Shown: positions 9,395-18,782 of the stretch, one piece after another
Layout: the number at the start of each line of letters is the position of its first letter
Position numbering within the stretch: the first letter of the stretch is position 1
DNA from: a virus
Taxonomy: Duplodnaviria > Caudoviricetes
Strand: one strand, 5' to 3'
Length of the DNA: 54,190 bases
IMG/VR virus record: IMGVR_UViG_3300010370_000050
Coordinates: 1 to 54,190 of that record
The notes under the pieces: generated by a model
The model's database searches: none
What the model saw: the letters and a program-made list of their open reading frames with translations, nothing else
What the model was told of the DNA's origin: nothing
Translations under genes and position numbers: made by a program

Positions 9395-9895
9395 GTGGAG
9401 GCTTTGGCAGTTCGCATCCTCATCTTTGTTCTTGTGGTGCTTGCTTCCCTTGGCGGCGGTTACTTGAAAGGCCGGTCGGACGCCAACAGTGGATGGGAGA
9501 AGAAAGCCCTGGAGATGGAAACCGCTTCGCAGAGAAAGTTAGCGGAGGTCACCTCTCAAGTCAGGAAGGTGGAGTTCGAGGCTCAGGAGAGTCTGAGCGC
9601 TCTGTCAGCGAAACACAGCAAGGAGACGAAGGATGCCAAGGCTAAGTCGGATCGTGTTCTTTCTGACGTTCGTGCTGGTGCTTACCGGCTGTCAGTCCCT
9701 GCCCTCCGTTGTCGAGACGCCGAAGCCCTCTATCCCACCACTCCCCGCGGAGATCGGACAGAAGCGAGAGCCGAACTTGCAACAGAGGCTGCTGCAACTC
9801 TTGTCTCCATCGCCGCAGAAGGAGACGACGCAATCAGGCAGTTAAACGCCTGTATCTCTGCCTACAACGACATCCGTGAGCGATTCAACAAATGA
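9395..9895 (+). CDS. Rz: i-spanin
   Basis: AAGGAG RBS then GTG; N-terminal membrane helix, coiled coil, C-terminal IRQLNAC. Confidence 0.85.
   Translation: MEALAVRILIFVLVVLASLGGGYLKGRSDANSGWEKKALEMETASQRKLAEVTSQVRKVEFEAQESLSALSAKHSKETKDAKAKSDRVLSDVRAGAYRLSVPALRCRDAEALYPTTPRGDRTEARAELATEAAATLVSIAAEGDDAIRQLNACISAYNDIRERFNK
9633..9845 (+). CDS. Rz1: o-spanin lipoprotein embedded in Rz (+1 frame)
   Basis: Signal peptide with lipobox VLTG-C and Pro-rich mature part; entirely inside Rz. Confidence 0.85.
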   Translation: MPRLSRIVFFLTFVLVLTGCQSLPSVVETPKPSIPPLPAEIGQKREPNLQQRLLQLLSPSPQKETTQSGS

Positions 9896-11841
9896 CAGTC
9901 ATTAGCGTCAAAGCATTCGGTGGACTGAGACCCATCTCTCAGCCACGTCTCTTGGATTCGTCTGAGGCCCAGGTTGCACAGAACGTCAAGCTGGTTTCTG
10001 GTGCGCTTGTTCCTATGAAAGGCACGAACGTCCTTAAGGCGACCACCAGTGCAAATCCGCAGACCATCTTCCGCTATGGGACTTCCGCGACTGAAACCAA
10101 CTACTGGCTCGAGTTCACCGGAGATGTGGACGTGGTCAAGTCTCCGATTGCTGGTGACCAGTACGACCGTCTCTATTGGACTGATGGCGTCCTTCCTCGT
10201 TACGCACCGAATAGCCTAATCGTCTCTGGCGCTTCTTATCCCGGGGCCTCCTATCAGCTTGGCATTCCGGCTCCCAGCACAGCTCCCACGATCTCAAACT
10301 ACACGGCTCCTGCCACCTTCACGATCGTCTCCAGGGACTACGTGATCTTCTTCTTCAACCCAACGACCAGTGCTCAAACAACAGCCACCAGGGTTGTCCC
10401 GGTCCAAGCGGTGGATGGAGAAGACGTCATCCTGAAGGATATGCCTGTTTCCACGGTGACCGGTTTCACGCAACTGAAGATCTACCGCAAGGTTTCAGGA
10501 ACCTTCCGCCTTGTGGCGACCATTGACCAGACCCAAACCTCTTACACGGATGCAGCTACCGATGCTTCCCTTGCGAGTGCGACTGCTGCGCCAACAGTCA
10601 CTAACGTCACGACTTCGTTCACGATCGAAGGCAAAATCCCTACTCGAGTGGTTCCTGAAGCCAGAACCTACGTCTACACCTACGTCACCGCCTACGGAGA
10701 AGAAGGTCCTCCTTCTGCCGCCTCTGCATTGGTGAATCTGGATCCAGCTCAGTCCGTCACGGTCACCGTCCCCTCAGGTTCTCCAAACGGTTCCTACAAC
10801 ATCACCAACAAGCGGATCTACAGATCCTCCACAGTAGGTTCTGCAGCCCAATTCCAGTTCGTTGCTGAGATTCCCCTCGCTACAGGCTCTTACGTGGATT
10901 CTGTGGCCCAGGCAAACCTTGGTGAGATCCTTCCCTCAGAAGACTGGGTTGCCCCTCCTGCCGGTCTTAAGGGCCTCAAGCTCATGGCCAATGGGGTTGG
11001 AGTTGGATTCGTTGGAAGGACCCTGTACCTCTCTGAGCCTTATCTGCTTCACGCATGGCCTCACCAGTACTCGGTTGATAGCGACATCGTGGGCCTGGGT
11101 GTGTTTGGTCAGAGTGTTGTTGTGCTGACAAAGGGTAACCCTTATGTCTTCAACGGCGTCGATCCTGCCGCGATGTCAGAGACAAGGCTTGCTGCACCGC
11201 AGTCCTGCACATCCAAGCAGTCCATCGTGGATATGGGTGACGGGGTTCTGTACGCCTCACCTGATGGTCTTGTGATGATCAATCCTGGTGGCGTTTCTCT
11301 GATCACAGAGAAGCTCTACTCCAGGGAACAGTGGCAAGCCTTTAACCCATCGAGCATCCGTGGCTCCGTCTACAACGGTCGCTATGTCATGAGCTATGAC
11401 GCAAGCGGTACTCGCGGGATTGTGATGCTTGACTTCACTGGACAAGGCGCAATCCTCACGACATCGAACATCAATTCATCCACTGCGATCACTGCTTCGT
11501 TCTACGACGCTACAACCGACACGCTGTACTTCGCACAAGGCGCGAATATCGTCCGCTTTGATAGAGGTTCGAACCTCACGTCCACTTGGAAGAGCAAGGT
11601 TTTCCGGCTTCCCTTTGAGGACAACTTCGCTATTGCCCAAGTCCAGGCTGAGTCTTATCCGGTGACCTTCAAGGTCTATGGGGATGGGACCCTTCGCCAC
11701 ACAGAGACCGTCGCAAGCAGTAAGGAATTCCGCTTGCCTTCAGGGTTCCGGTGCAGGGACTGGGAGTTCCAGATCGAAGGCTCTGCCACCGTGACTGAGG
11801 TCGCGATTGCCAACTCTGTTGCTGAATTGAGGGGCGTATGA
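9892..11841 (+). CDS. Tail nozzle/stabilisation-type protein
   Basis: FGGLRP start; YVYTYVTAYGEEGPPS; beta-propeller-like LYLSEPY...HAWP; WKSKVF. Confidence 0.7.
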   Translation: MTVISVKAFGGLRPISQPRLLDSSEAQVAQNVKLVSGALVPMKGTNVLKATTSANPQTIFRYGTSATETNYWLEFTGDVDVVKSPIAGDQYDRLYWTDGVLPRYAPNSLIVSGASYPGASYQLGIPAPSTAPTISNYTAPATFTIVSRDYVIFFFNPTTSAQTTATRVVPVQAVDGEDVILKDMPVSTVTGFTQLKIYRKVSGTFRLVATIDQTQTSYTDAATDASLASATAAPTVTNVTTSFTIEGKIPTRVVPEARTYVYTYVTAYGEEGPPSAASALVNLDPAQSVTVTVPSGSPNGSYNITNKRIYRSSTVGSAAQFQFVAEIPLATGSYVDSVAQANLGEILPSEDWVAPPAGLKGLKLMANGVGVGFVGRTLYLSEPYLLHAWPHQYSVDSDIVGLGVFGQSVVVLTKGNPYVFNGVDPAAMSETRLAAPQSCTSKQSIVDMGDGVLYASPDGLVMINPGGVSLITEKLYSREQWQAFNPSSIRGSVYNGRYVMSYDASGTRGIVMLDFTGQGAILTTSNINSSTAITASFYDATTDTLYFAQGANIVRFDRGSNLTSTWKSKVFRLPFEDNFAIAQVQAESYPVTFKVYGDGTLRHTETVASSKEFRLPSGFRCRDWEFQIEGSATVTEVAIANSVAELRGV

Positions 11842-14800
11842 GTCGCGAGACAAAAGTCCCCCAGATCCCTGCGATCACCAAAGACAATGTCACTGAGGTT
11901 CTTCAGGCGATCAAAGACATCCTCGAGGTCCGTGAAGGCGCTCGTGGCGATGCTCTCGATGAAAACGCCACCTTTCGAGATCTTCTTGCTCTACGCCTTG
12001 TTGAGTCTGGTGGTTCTATCAGTCGTGCTTCGGTTGGTGGCAATGGTTCTGTACCCGTTCTTCCGCCTGGTTCGTTCGGTGATGGCTATGACCCGAACTC
12101 GGATCTGACCGCACCCCCTGCTCCAACGAACCTCATTGCCCGTCCAGGGATCACGACGGTCCTTCTGTTCTGGGACAACGCCGCCTACAGAAACCACGCC
12201 TACACGGAGATCTGGCGCTCTGAGACCGACACCCTTGGTGATGCGGTCCGTGTCGCTACAACCGCTGCCTTCTCGTACTCTGATGCCGTCCAAGAGGGTA
12301 CGACCTACTACTACTGGGTGCGCTTTGTTTCGGTGACCAATGTCATCGGTCCATACAACGCCACCTCAGGAACCATCGCAGAGACCCGCTATGAGGTCGC
12401 CAAGCTCTTAAACGTCCTGTCTGGACAGATCACTGAGTCCCAGCTCTATACGGACCTTGGAGCCAGGATTGACCTGATTGACGGGCCTATTGGTTTGGTC
12501 GGCTCGGTGAACGCCAGGATCGGTGCGGTTCAGACTCAGGTGAATGACCTGGCCGGGACGTCTGAGTACGACAACGGCACCACCTATCAAGCCAACGCCA
12601 TCGTCAAATACAACGGTGGTCTGTATCGCGCCAAGTCAACCACGACCGGGAACCTTCCGACCAACACCACGTACTGGGACAAGATCGGGGACTACTCCTC
12701 CATCGGTGAAGCTGTCGCTGGGCTAGCGGTCCAGATGACGGATCGCTACACAAAGGCGGAGACTAACTCTGCGATCTCCTCTGCCACTTCGAGTTTGGTC
12801 TCATCGAATACGTTGAACCAGGCTCTTGGCCAGAAGAACCGCACCTACCGCCAAGCGAACCAACCTGACCCTGGGAGCTCAACTGCCGGTGATCTTTGGT
12901 TTGACTCTGACGACAACAACAAAGCCTATCGGTTCAATGGGACCGTATGGGAAGCGACTGATGACGCAAGGATCGGGTCAACGCTCGCGTCCCTGACTAA
13001 TGACTACTACACCAAAACGTCAACCGACCAGGCGATTGCTAGTGCCACATCCACCCTGGTCAGCAGCACAGCTCTGTCCAATGCCCTTGCAAACTACACG
13101 ACCACCGCTGGGCTGACGGCCAACTACTACACGAAGACTGCGACCGATCAAGCGATCAGCGCGGCAACAGCGAACCTTGTCTCGTCATCCACCCTGAACA
13201 ATTACGTTCAGACAGCGACCCTTACAACCAACTACTACACGAAGACCCAGACTGACGGAGCGATCTCCAATTCATCCTCGTTCCTTGTGGCGCGGATGGA
13301 TACCTCCTCGTCCAAGGTTTTCTACCAGACCGCCGCTCCTGTTCGTCGTGGCTACGACTCAAACAATGTCTCCCTGCCTCTGATCACCAATGACGTATGG
13401 GTGGACACCGACGACGGCAATAAGCAGTACCGCTGGAATGGAACGTCCTGGGTTGAGTCCACCGATACAAGGATCCAAGACGCTTTCAATGCCGCTGCTG
13501 CAGCCCAAGCTTCTGCTGACGGGACGATTAAGACCTACTTCCAGACTAGCCCGCCAACAGGACTGACGACTGGAGATGTTGGCGATCTCTGGTTCGACAC
13601 TGACGATACGAACAAGATTTACCGATGGAACGGTTCAAGCTGGTCAGCAGCTCAGGACACCAGGATCGCAACCGCAATTGCTGATGCGTCCAATGCGCTG
13701 TCCACCTCTCAGACCAAGATCACCACGTTTTTCCAGACCTCTCAGCCCACCGCAACAACGGTTGGAGACCTCTGGATTGATACCGATGACAGCAACCAGC
13801 CATATCGCTGGAACGGGTCTTCGTGGGTCAGCATCAGGGACGGGAACATTGCAGCGGTTGACGCTCGGGTAACCAATGTAGAGCGAGCCAAGATCGGCTA
13901 TGTGACCAGGAATTCCACCGGTCTGGCCTTTGAGGGCAACGGCTCCTTTGTTGTGTATCCGGTAGCTACATACCCGGATGCAAACTACCCTGAATACGCC
14001 GCAAACCGCACCACGATCATTGACAAGGTTGGCGTGGACCGTTGGAACGCTTCTTTCCCAGCGGACCAGGTTACATGGCGCATCGGGCTTCCGATGTCCA
14101 CTGCCGTCAAGCAGGTCTCTGTATCCGATGGTTCACAGAGCCTGACGCTTGAGCAAAGGTTCACCGCCCAGAAGAACACCAACGACACATTAACCGGTCA
14201 GTACACCGTCAAGATCGATGCTAACGGCCATGTGTCTGGCTTTGGTCTGGCAAGTGGCGCGGTTAACGGAACGCCGACCTCGTCCTTCATCGTCAGGGCA
14301 GACCGGTTTGCACTAGCTTCCCCGACTGACACATCAAACCCACTAGGAACGCTGAGCCCAACGCAGTCCAGCATGCCGTTCATGGTCTTCACGACCCCAA
14401 CAACGATCACGATCGGGGGCAAGACCAAGACTTATCCGGCAGGCGTGTGGATGAACGCCGCATTCATTGCGAATGCCACCATCGATTCGGCTCACATTGA
14501 AAGCCTGACTGCCAACAAGATCACCGCAGGGGAAATTTCAGCAGCCGTTTCAATGACGGCACCGGTCCTTAAGTACGGTCCAAGCTATGCCTTTGGCAAC
14601 ACAGGATTCTTCCTTGGTGATGACGGAGGCACACCTAAGTTCTACGTCGGTAACGGCAGTGACAGGTACATCAAGTGGGATGGAAGTCAGGCCACGATCT
14701 CCGGTCTGATCTACGCAGGTGGCGGTCAGATCGGCGGGATCAACATCGCCGGTGGCGGGATCTCAAGCGCCAACTATATCGACGGTTCCGCTGGGTTTGC

Positions 14801-15437
14801 CATGAACTTCGAGGGGTATGCCCAGTTCAATAACGTCTCTGTTCGAGGAAACGTCGTTGCAACGTCAGGGACGATTGGCGGAAACGTCATTGACTCAACG
14901 GGCGTTAGATCGTCCAACTACGCTGCAGGTTCTGCCGGTTGGAGGATCAACTCAAGCGGAAGTGCTGAGTTCAGGAACATCATCGCTCGTGGCGACATTG
15001 AAGCTTCGACCCTCAAAGCCAATACGGTCATGGTCGAGACGCTCAACATCAACGGCAATGCGGTCACGGTGCCGTTCTTCTCCAATAGCGCAGGCGGAAC
15101 GTTCACCTCATCAGCCGCCTTCTCGTTCGATACAAGCTCTCAGAACCTGGTATCCGGGACCCTATTGATGGTCACGGCTGTAGCCGAGATCAACAACGTT
15201 GCATTTGGCGGTGGGTTCAAGGGCGCTGCCATGCAAATCATTATGTATGGCCCATCCAACGCCTTGGTCTGTAGGACTGGGATTTCTTACAACAACTATG
15301 GAGTGATCGTAACGAGCGGCGGTGTTTTAATACCAACCACCGGAAGCTACTACTTGCACATTGATGTTTACACAACAGATGCATCAAGCGGAACCGTCAC
15401 AAGCGTTGCGGTTTCAGGATTTGGGGGTAAGCGATGA
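11838..15437 (+). CDS. Central tail fibre/host-specificity (J-like) protein with internal repeats
   Basis: FN3-like APTNL...YYWVRFVS; GDLWFD.DD.NK.YRWNG repeats; QYTVKIDANGHVSGFGLA...FIVRADRFA; GWRINSSGSAEFRNI. Confidence 0.8.
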   Translation: MSRETKVPQIPAITKDNVTEVLQAIKDILEVREGARGDALDENATFRDLLALRLVESGGSISRASVGGNGSVPVLPPGSFGDGYDPNSDLTAPPAPTNLIARPGITTVLLFWDNAAYRNHAYTEIWRSETDTLGDAVRVATTAAFSYSDAVQEGTTYYYWVRFVSVTNVIGPYNATSGTIAETRYEVAKLLNVLSGQITESQLYTDLGARIDLIDGPIGLVGSVNARIGAVQTQVNDLAGTSEYDNGTTYQANAIVKYNGGLYRAKSTTTGNLPTNTTYWDKIGDYSSIGEAVAGLAVQMTDRYTKAETNSAISSATSSLVSSNTLNQALGQKNRTYRQANQPDPGSSTAGDLWFDSDDNNKAYRFNGTVWEATDDARIGSTLASLTNDYYTKTSTDQAIASATSTLVSSTALSNALANYTTTAGLTANYYTKTATDQAISAATANLVSSSTLNNYVQTATLTTNYYTKTQTDGAISNSSSFLVARMDTSSSKVFYQTAAPVRRGYDSNNVSLPLITNDVWVDTDDGNKQYRWNGTSWVESTDTRIQDAFNAAAAAQASADGTIKTYFQTSPPTGLTTGDVGDLWFDTDDTNKIYRWNGSSWSAAQDTRIATAIADASNALSTSQTKITTFFQTSQPTATTVGDLWIDTDDSNQPYRWNGSSWVSIRDGNIAAVDARVTNVERAKIGYVTRNSTGLAFEGNGSFVVYPVATYPDANYPEYAANRTTIIDKVGVDRWNASFPADQVTWRIGLPMSTAVKQVSVSDGSQSLTLEQRFTAQKNTNDTLTGQYTVKIDANGHVSGFGLASGAVNGTPTSSFIVRADRFALASPTDTSNPLGTLSPTQSSMPFMVFTTPTTITIGGKTKTYPAGVWMNAAFIANATIDSAHIESLTANKITAGEISAAVSMTAPVLKYGPSYAFGNTGFFLGDDGGTPKFYVGNGSDRYIKWDGSQATISGLIYAGGGQIGGINIAGGGISSANYIDGSAGFAMNFEGYAQFNNVSVRGNVVATSGTIGGNVIDSTGVRSSNYAAGSAGWRINSSGSAEFRNIIARGDIEASTLKANTVMVETLNINGNAVTVPFFSNSAGGTFTSSAAFSFDTSSQNLVSGTLLMVTAVAEINNVAFGGGFKGAAMQIIMYGPSNALVCRTGISYNNYGVIVTSGGVLIPTTGSYYLHIDVYTTDASSGTVTSVAVSGFGGKR
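12745..13860 (+). repeat. Intragenic repeats in the fibre gene
   Basis: Four YTK..T..AI..A...LV units and four (GDLW/DVW).D.DD.N..YR.NG..W units. Confidence 0.75.
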
Positions 15438-15994
15438 TTATGTTTGCGCGGTATGACGCGAATGGTCGGTACACCTGGTACGGCAACGCGGGTTCTGATA
15501 CGGAGCTAAACGAACCTGGGGTCTACGTTGGCCTAGTTGACATCTACAGGCAGTACCACGATGTGGCCACGAACAGGCCGGTCAATATCCCAGCCAAGCC
15601 CTCACTAAATCACGTCTTTGACTACGCCCTTAAGCAGTGGGTTGACCCAAGGACCCTGGATCAGATCAAAGCAGCCCAGTGGGAACTCATCAAAGCGGCT
15701 CGAGATGCCGCTGAGTTCAGTTCGTTTATCTGGGATGGGTCGGAGTTCGACGCAGACGCCTTGAGTCAGCAGCGAATCATTGGGGCAGCTCAGCTTGCCG
15801 AGATCAACCCAGCCTTCGAGATCGACTGGACCCTGGCAGACAACTCCGTCAGGACCCTGAATGCAGCCCAGATGAAGTCAGTGGGCACCGCCCTTGGCGC
15901 TCACGTCAATGCCCAGCACGTCAAGGCTCGAGGGCTTAGGACACAGATTGAAAACGCAACCACCCGCGCAGAAGTCGAGGCGGTGACCTGGTAA
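15434..15994 (+). CDS. DUF4376-like tail-fibre-associated protein
   Basis: FDADALSQQRIIGA, IDWTLADNS, C-terminal AEVEAVTW. Confidence 0.75.
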   Translation: MIMFARYDANGRYTWYGNAGSDTELNEPGVYVGLVDIYRQYHDVATNRPVNIPAKPSLNHVFDYALKQWVDPRTLDQIKAAQWELIKAARDAAEFSSFIWDGSEFDADALSQQRIIGAAQLAEINPAFEIDWTLADNSVRTLNAAQMKSVGTALGAHVNAQHVKARGLRTQIENATTRAEVEAVTW

Positions 15995-15999
15995 GGACT

Positions 16000-16446
16000 A
16001 TGAACGACGACGAATACTTGATGCACTGCCTCCATGGAGACCGTGACGCTTACGACTTTTGCAAACAGATTGTGATGATCTCCAACGTTTGGGATGACCT
16101 GATTGACCAGGACAAGACAATCCCAGCAGAGATGATCAACAAGGCGTTTTACGCATCTCTCATTGAGATTCCATGCAACCCGTTCTTCCAACGGTTCATT
16201 TCGGTTCTTACCCCGATCATGGCCAACGGGATCATGAACTGGCACATCTCTAACACACTAGTGACCAAAGGTGAAAGAGCTTTGGAGATAGCCCACGTCT
16301 TGAGATACTCAGCCGGGGATGTAATTTGTCAGTGCGTGTTGTTAATTGGTGGAATGGATTGGGCAAGGCAGGTTTGTCCTGAACTAAGGATGCGCATTCA
16401 AAAGGATTCATTGGAGAATTTCAAAAAGGAAGTCAGCCATGCGTAG
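16000..16446 (+). CDS. Helical hypothetical protein with DDxxD motif
   Basis: VWDDLIDQD...IPCNPFF; AAGGA RBS. Confidence 0.6.
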   Translation: MNDDEYLMHCLHGDRDAYDFCKQIVMISNVWDDLIDQDKTIPAEMINKAFYASLIEIPCNPFFQRFISVLTPIMANGIMNWHISNTLVTKGERALEIAHVLRYSAGDVICQCVLLIGGMDWARQVCPELRMRIQKDSLENFKKEVSHA

Positions 16447-17497
16447 TTTCAAAGACATCATCTACGGCTGGTTCTGGAAGTACCTGACCAAGACTGGTCT
16501 GGTTATGTGCATCGACCTTGGTGGGGATGCTCCGGAACCGGATCCTCTCATCGGTCAAGCTGCAAAGCAAAACGCCGAACTCGGCAAAGAAGCCCTCGAT
16601 TTCTACAAGACGGTCTATGAGACAGACCTTAAGCCCATGCAGAAAGAGCAGATGGCTCTTGCTAAGGGCTTGGTCACCGACTACCTCGCGGACCGTCAGA
16701 CGCAGCGTGACTTTGCTGCCAGACAGAACGCCTACTACGAGGACACTTATCAGCCGATCGAACGTCGTATGGCTCAAGAGGCCATGGACTACGACAGCGC
16801 TGGGAACATCGCTCGTCGTCAGGGGATCGCTGCTGCCGGGGTGAACCAACAGTTCTCGAACGCTCGTGACCAGGGTATCCGTGCCCTGACCCGGATGGGC
16901 GTGAACCCCAACAGTTCAGCCTTTGCTCGAGCCAATGACCGACTGACTAATGCTCAGGCTCTGGCTTCCGCGGGAGCCCAGACCGGTGCTGCCTTCGACA
17001 CCGTAGATCGTGGGATCGCCCTTCGAGCTGGTGTCGCTAACTTCGGTCGGAACATGCCCAACACCGCTGCTCAGTACTTTGGACTGGCGAATCAGACAGG
17101 TGGCATGGCAAGCAACATATCCGCTCAGCAGATGGACGCAGCTCGTGCCAATGCAGGGATGGTTGGACAAGGGTTCAACACCGCGATCTCAGGCAACCAG
17201 TCCGCTGGGAACCTCATGCTCGGTGACTTCCAAGGCCGGATGCAGGGCTACCAGGCTGATCAGCAAGCGATGTCTGGACTCTTCCAGGGTCTCGGGATGT
17301 TGGGTGGTGCCTACCTTGGTATGCCCCCGCTCAAACGGGCTAAGGGTGGTGAGGTCGAAGGGCCAGGTACGTCAACCTCGGACAGCATCCCGGCAATGCT
17401 CTCTGATGGCGAATACGTCATCAACGCTGCCGCGGTCAAGAAGGTCGGTACCGACTTCCTCGACAAGATCAACAAGATGGGTTTGAAAGGAAACTGA
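16439..17497 (+). CDS. Ejection/internal virion protein
   Basis: Ala/Gln/Gly-rich helical sequence; C-terminal AKGGEVEGPGTSTSDSIPAMLSDGEYVINAAAVKK. Confidence 0.7.
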   Translation: MRSFKDIIYGWFWKYLTKTGLVMCIDLGGDAPEPDPLIGQAAKQNAELGKEALDFYKTVYETDLKPMQKEQMALAKGLVTDYLADRQTQRDFAARQNAYYEDTYQPIERRMAQEAMDYDSAGNIARRQGIAAAGVNQQFSNARDQGIRALTRMGVNPNSSAFARANDRLTNAQALASAGAQTGAAFDTVDRGIALRAGVANFGRNMPNTAAQYFGLANQTGGMASNISAQQMDAARANAGMVGQGFNTAISGNQSAGNLMLGDFQGRMQGYQADQQAMSGLFQGLGMLGGAYLGMPPLKRAKGGEVEGPGTSTSDSIPAMLSDGEYVINAAAVKKVGTDFLDKINKMGLKGN

Positions 17498-17498
17498 T

Positions 17499-18779
17499 AT
17501 GGCACTAGCTGCTGGGTTGGGCGGACTTGCCCAAGGCTTTGCTCAGGGCCTGAAGCTGAGATCTGATCTTGAGGACGCTCAAGCTAACCGTGAGTTCCGT
17601 CAGAAGCAAGCCGGAATCATGGAGCAGCAACGTGAGTTGAACCAGCTCGAGATCAACAAGGGCGCTCGGATGCAGGAGACCCAGCGTCGGATTGCTGAGG
17701 AGTTCCAGAACTTCAAGAACTACGGCGGTGATTACGCGCAGTTCAAGCCACAGACCGAAGGCGTTGGTGCAAACGCTCCGCTAGATCCCTTCCAGAACTT
17801 CAAGGCAATCGACTTCCACTATGACCGCATGAAGGGTCTGCTTCAAGAACAGGCTCTGATCGCCGGGAAAGATCCGTTCGAAGTGGAGAGATCTGTTCGC
17901 GCTCTTCGCAAAGAGAATTACATGGAGGACCTTGGCAGAGCAATGACCGCCTTCCGTCTTGGTGATCCTAGTGCTGTCGATACGATCAAGGGCGTCTACA
18001 ACAAGTCTTTCAGAGACGGCAACCAGATGACCGGTGGCACGTTCGATGAGGCTTCTGGCAAGTTTGTCTTCGAGTTCAAGACCAAGGACGGCAACGTGGT
18101 GCCAAGGTCTTTTTCCCGGGACGAGATCCTCGACACGCTCTCCCGCGGCGCAATGAATGTTGCCGATGCTGCAAAGCTCGACATGCAAGCGCGTGAAAAC
18201 GAGAAACAACGCGGCCACGAATCCAAGATGCTTGGCACCAAGCTGGAGTTCGAAGGCAAGGAAGGCGCTGCAAACCGCACCTCTCGCGAAAAGATCTCTG
18301 CGGAAGAGAACAAGTCAGCAGAAAAGCGCACTGGCATCTCTGCTGGTGCAACGATCCAGGCAGCAAACATTCGCGCAGCCAGTGACGAGAAAGTCGCAGG
18401 AATCAGCGCAGAGACCAGAAAGAGCGAAGCCATGCAAACTCGTATCGACAGGGTTCGTAAGGACTTTGGCGAAGAGTTGAACTCTGCCTTTGGCTACAAC
18501 GACAAGTCATCCTCTGCCCTTGAAGGTGCGGAGTTGAATCGCTTGAACGAGAACAAGACCATTGCTCGCGGGATTCTGGATGGTTATGTCGATCGCGGCA
18601 TGGGCATTAGCGCATCTGAAGCAGCTCTTGCAGTGAACGCCTTGCGCAATCCAAAGGGCACTAAGTTCGGTACCACGAAGGATGCGGATGGCAAGGAGAT
18701 CTACTTCGTTGAGACCAATGGCCAACGAATCATGGTGCCCAAGCGGTACGTGCCCCAAGAGTTCATGAAAGGAAAGTAA
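17499..18779 (+). CDS. Ejection/internal virion protein
   Basis: GLGGLAQGFAQG start; lies between ejection-type genes. Confidence 0.6.
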   Translation: MALAAGLGGLAQGFAQGLKLRSDLEDAQANREFRQKQAGIMEQQRELNQLEINKGARMQETQRRIAEEFQNFKNYGGDYAQFKPQTEGVGANAPLDPFQNFKAIDFHYDRMKGLLQEQALIAGKDPFEVERSVRALRKENYMEDLGRAMTAFRLGDPSAVDTIKGVYNKSFRDGNQMTGGTFDEASGKFVFEFKTKDGNVVPRSFSRDEILDTLSRGAMNVADAAKLDMQARENEKQRGHESKMLGTKLEFEGKEGAANRTSREKISAEENKSAEKRTGISAGATIQAANIRAASDEKVAGISAETRKSEAMQTRIDRVRKDFGEELNSAFGYNDKSSSALEGAELNRLNENKTIARGILDGYVDRGMGISASEAALAVNALRNPKGTKFGTTKDADGKEIYFVETNGQRIMVPKRYVPQEFMKGK

Positions 18780-18782
18780 GCC

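Noticed and set aside
9633-9845. Embedded ORF as a novel overlap
   Set aside because: It is the well-known Rz/Rz1 embedded spanin arrangement
699-15437. Diversity-generating retroelement acting on fibre genes
   Set aside because: No reverse transcriptase ORF and no template/variable repeat pair with adenine-specific mismatches seen in the window
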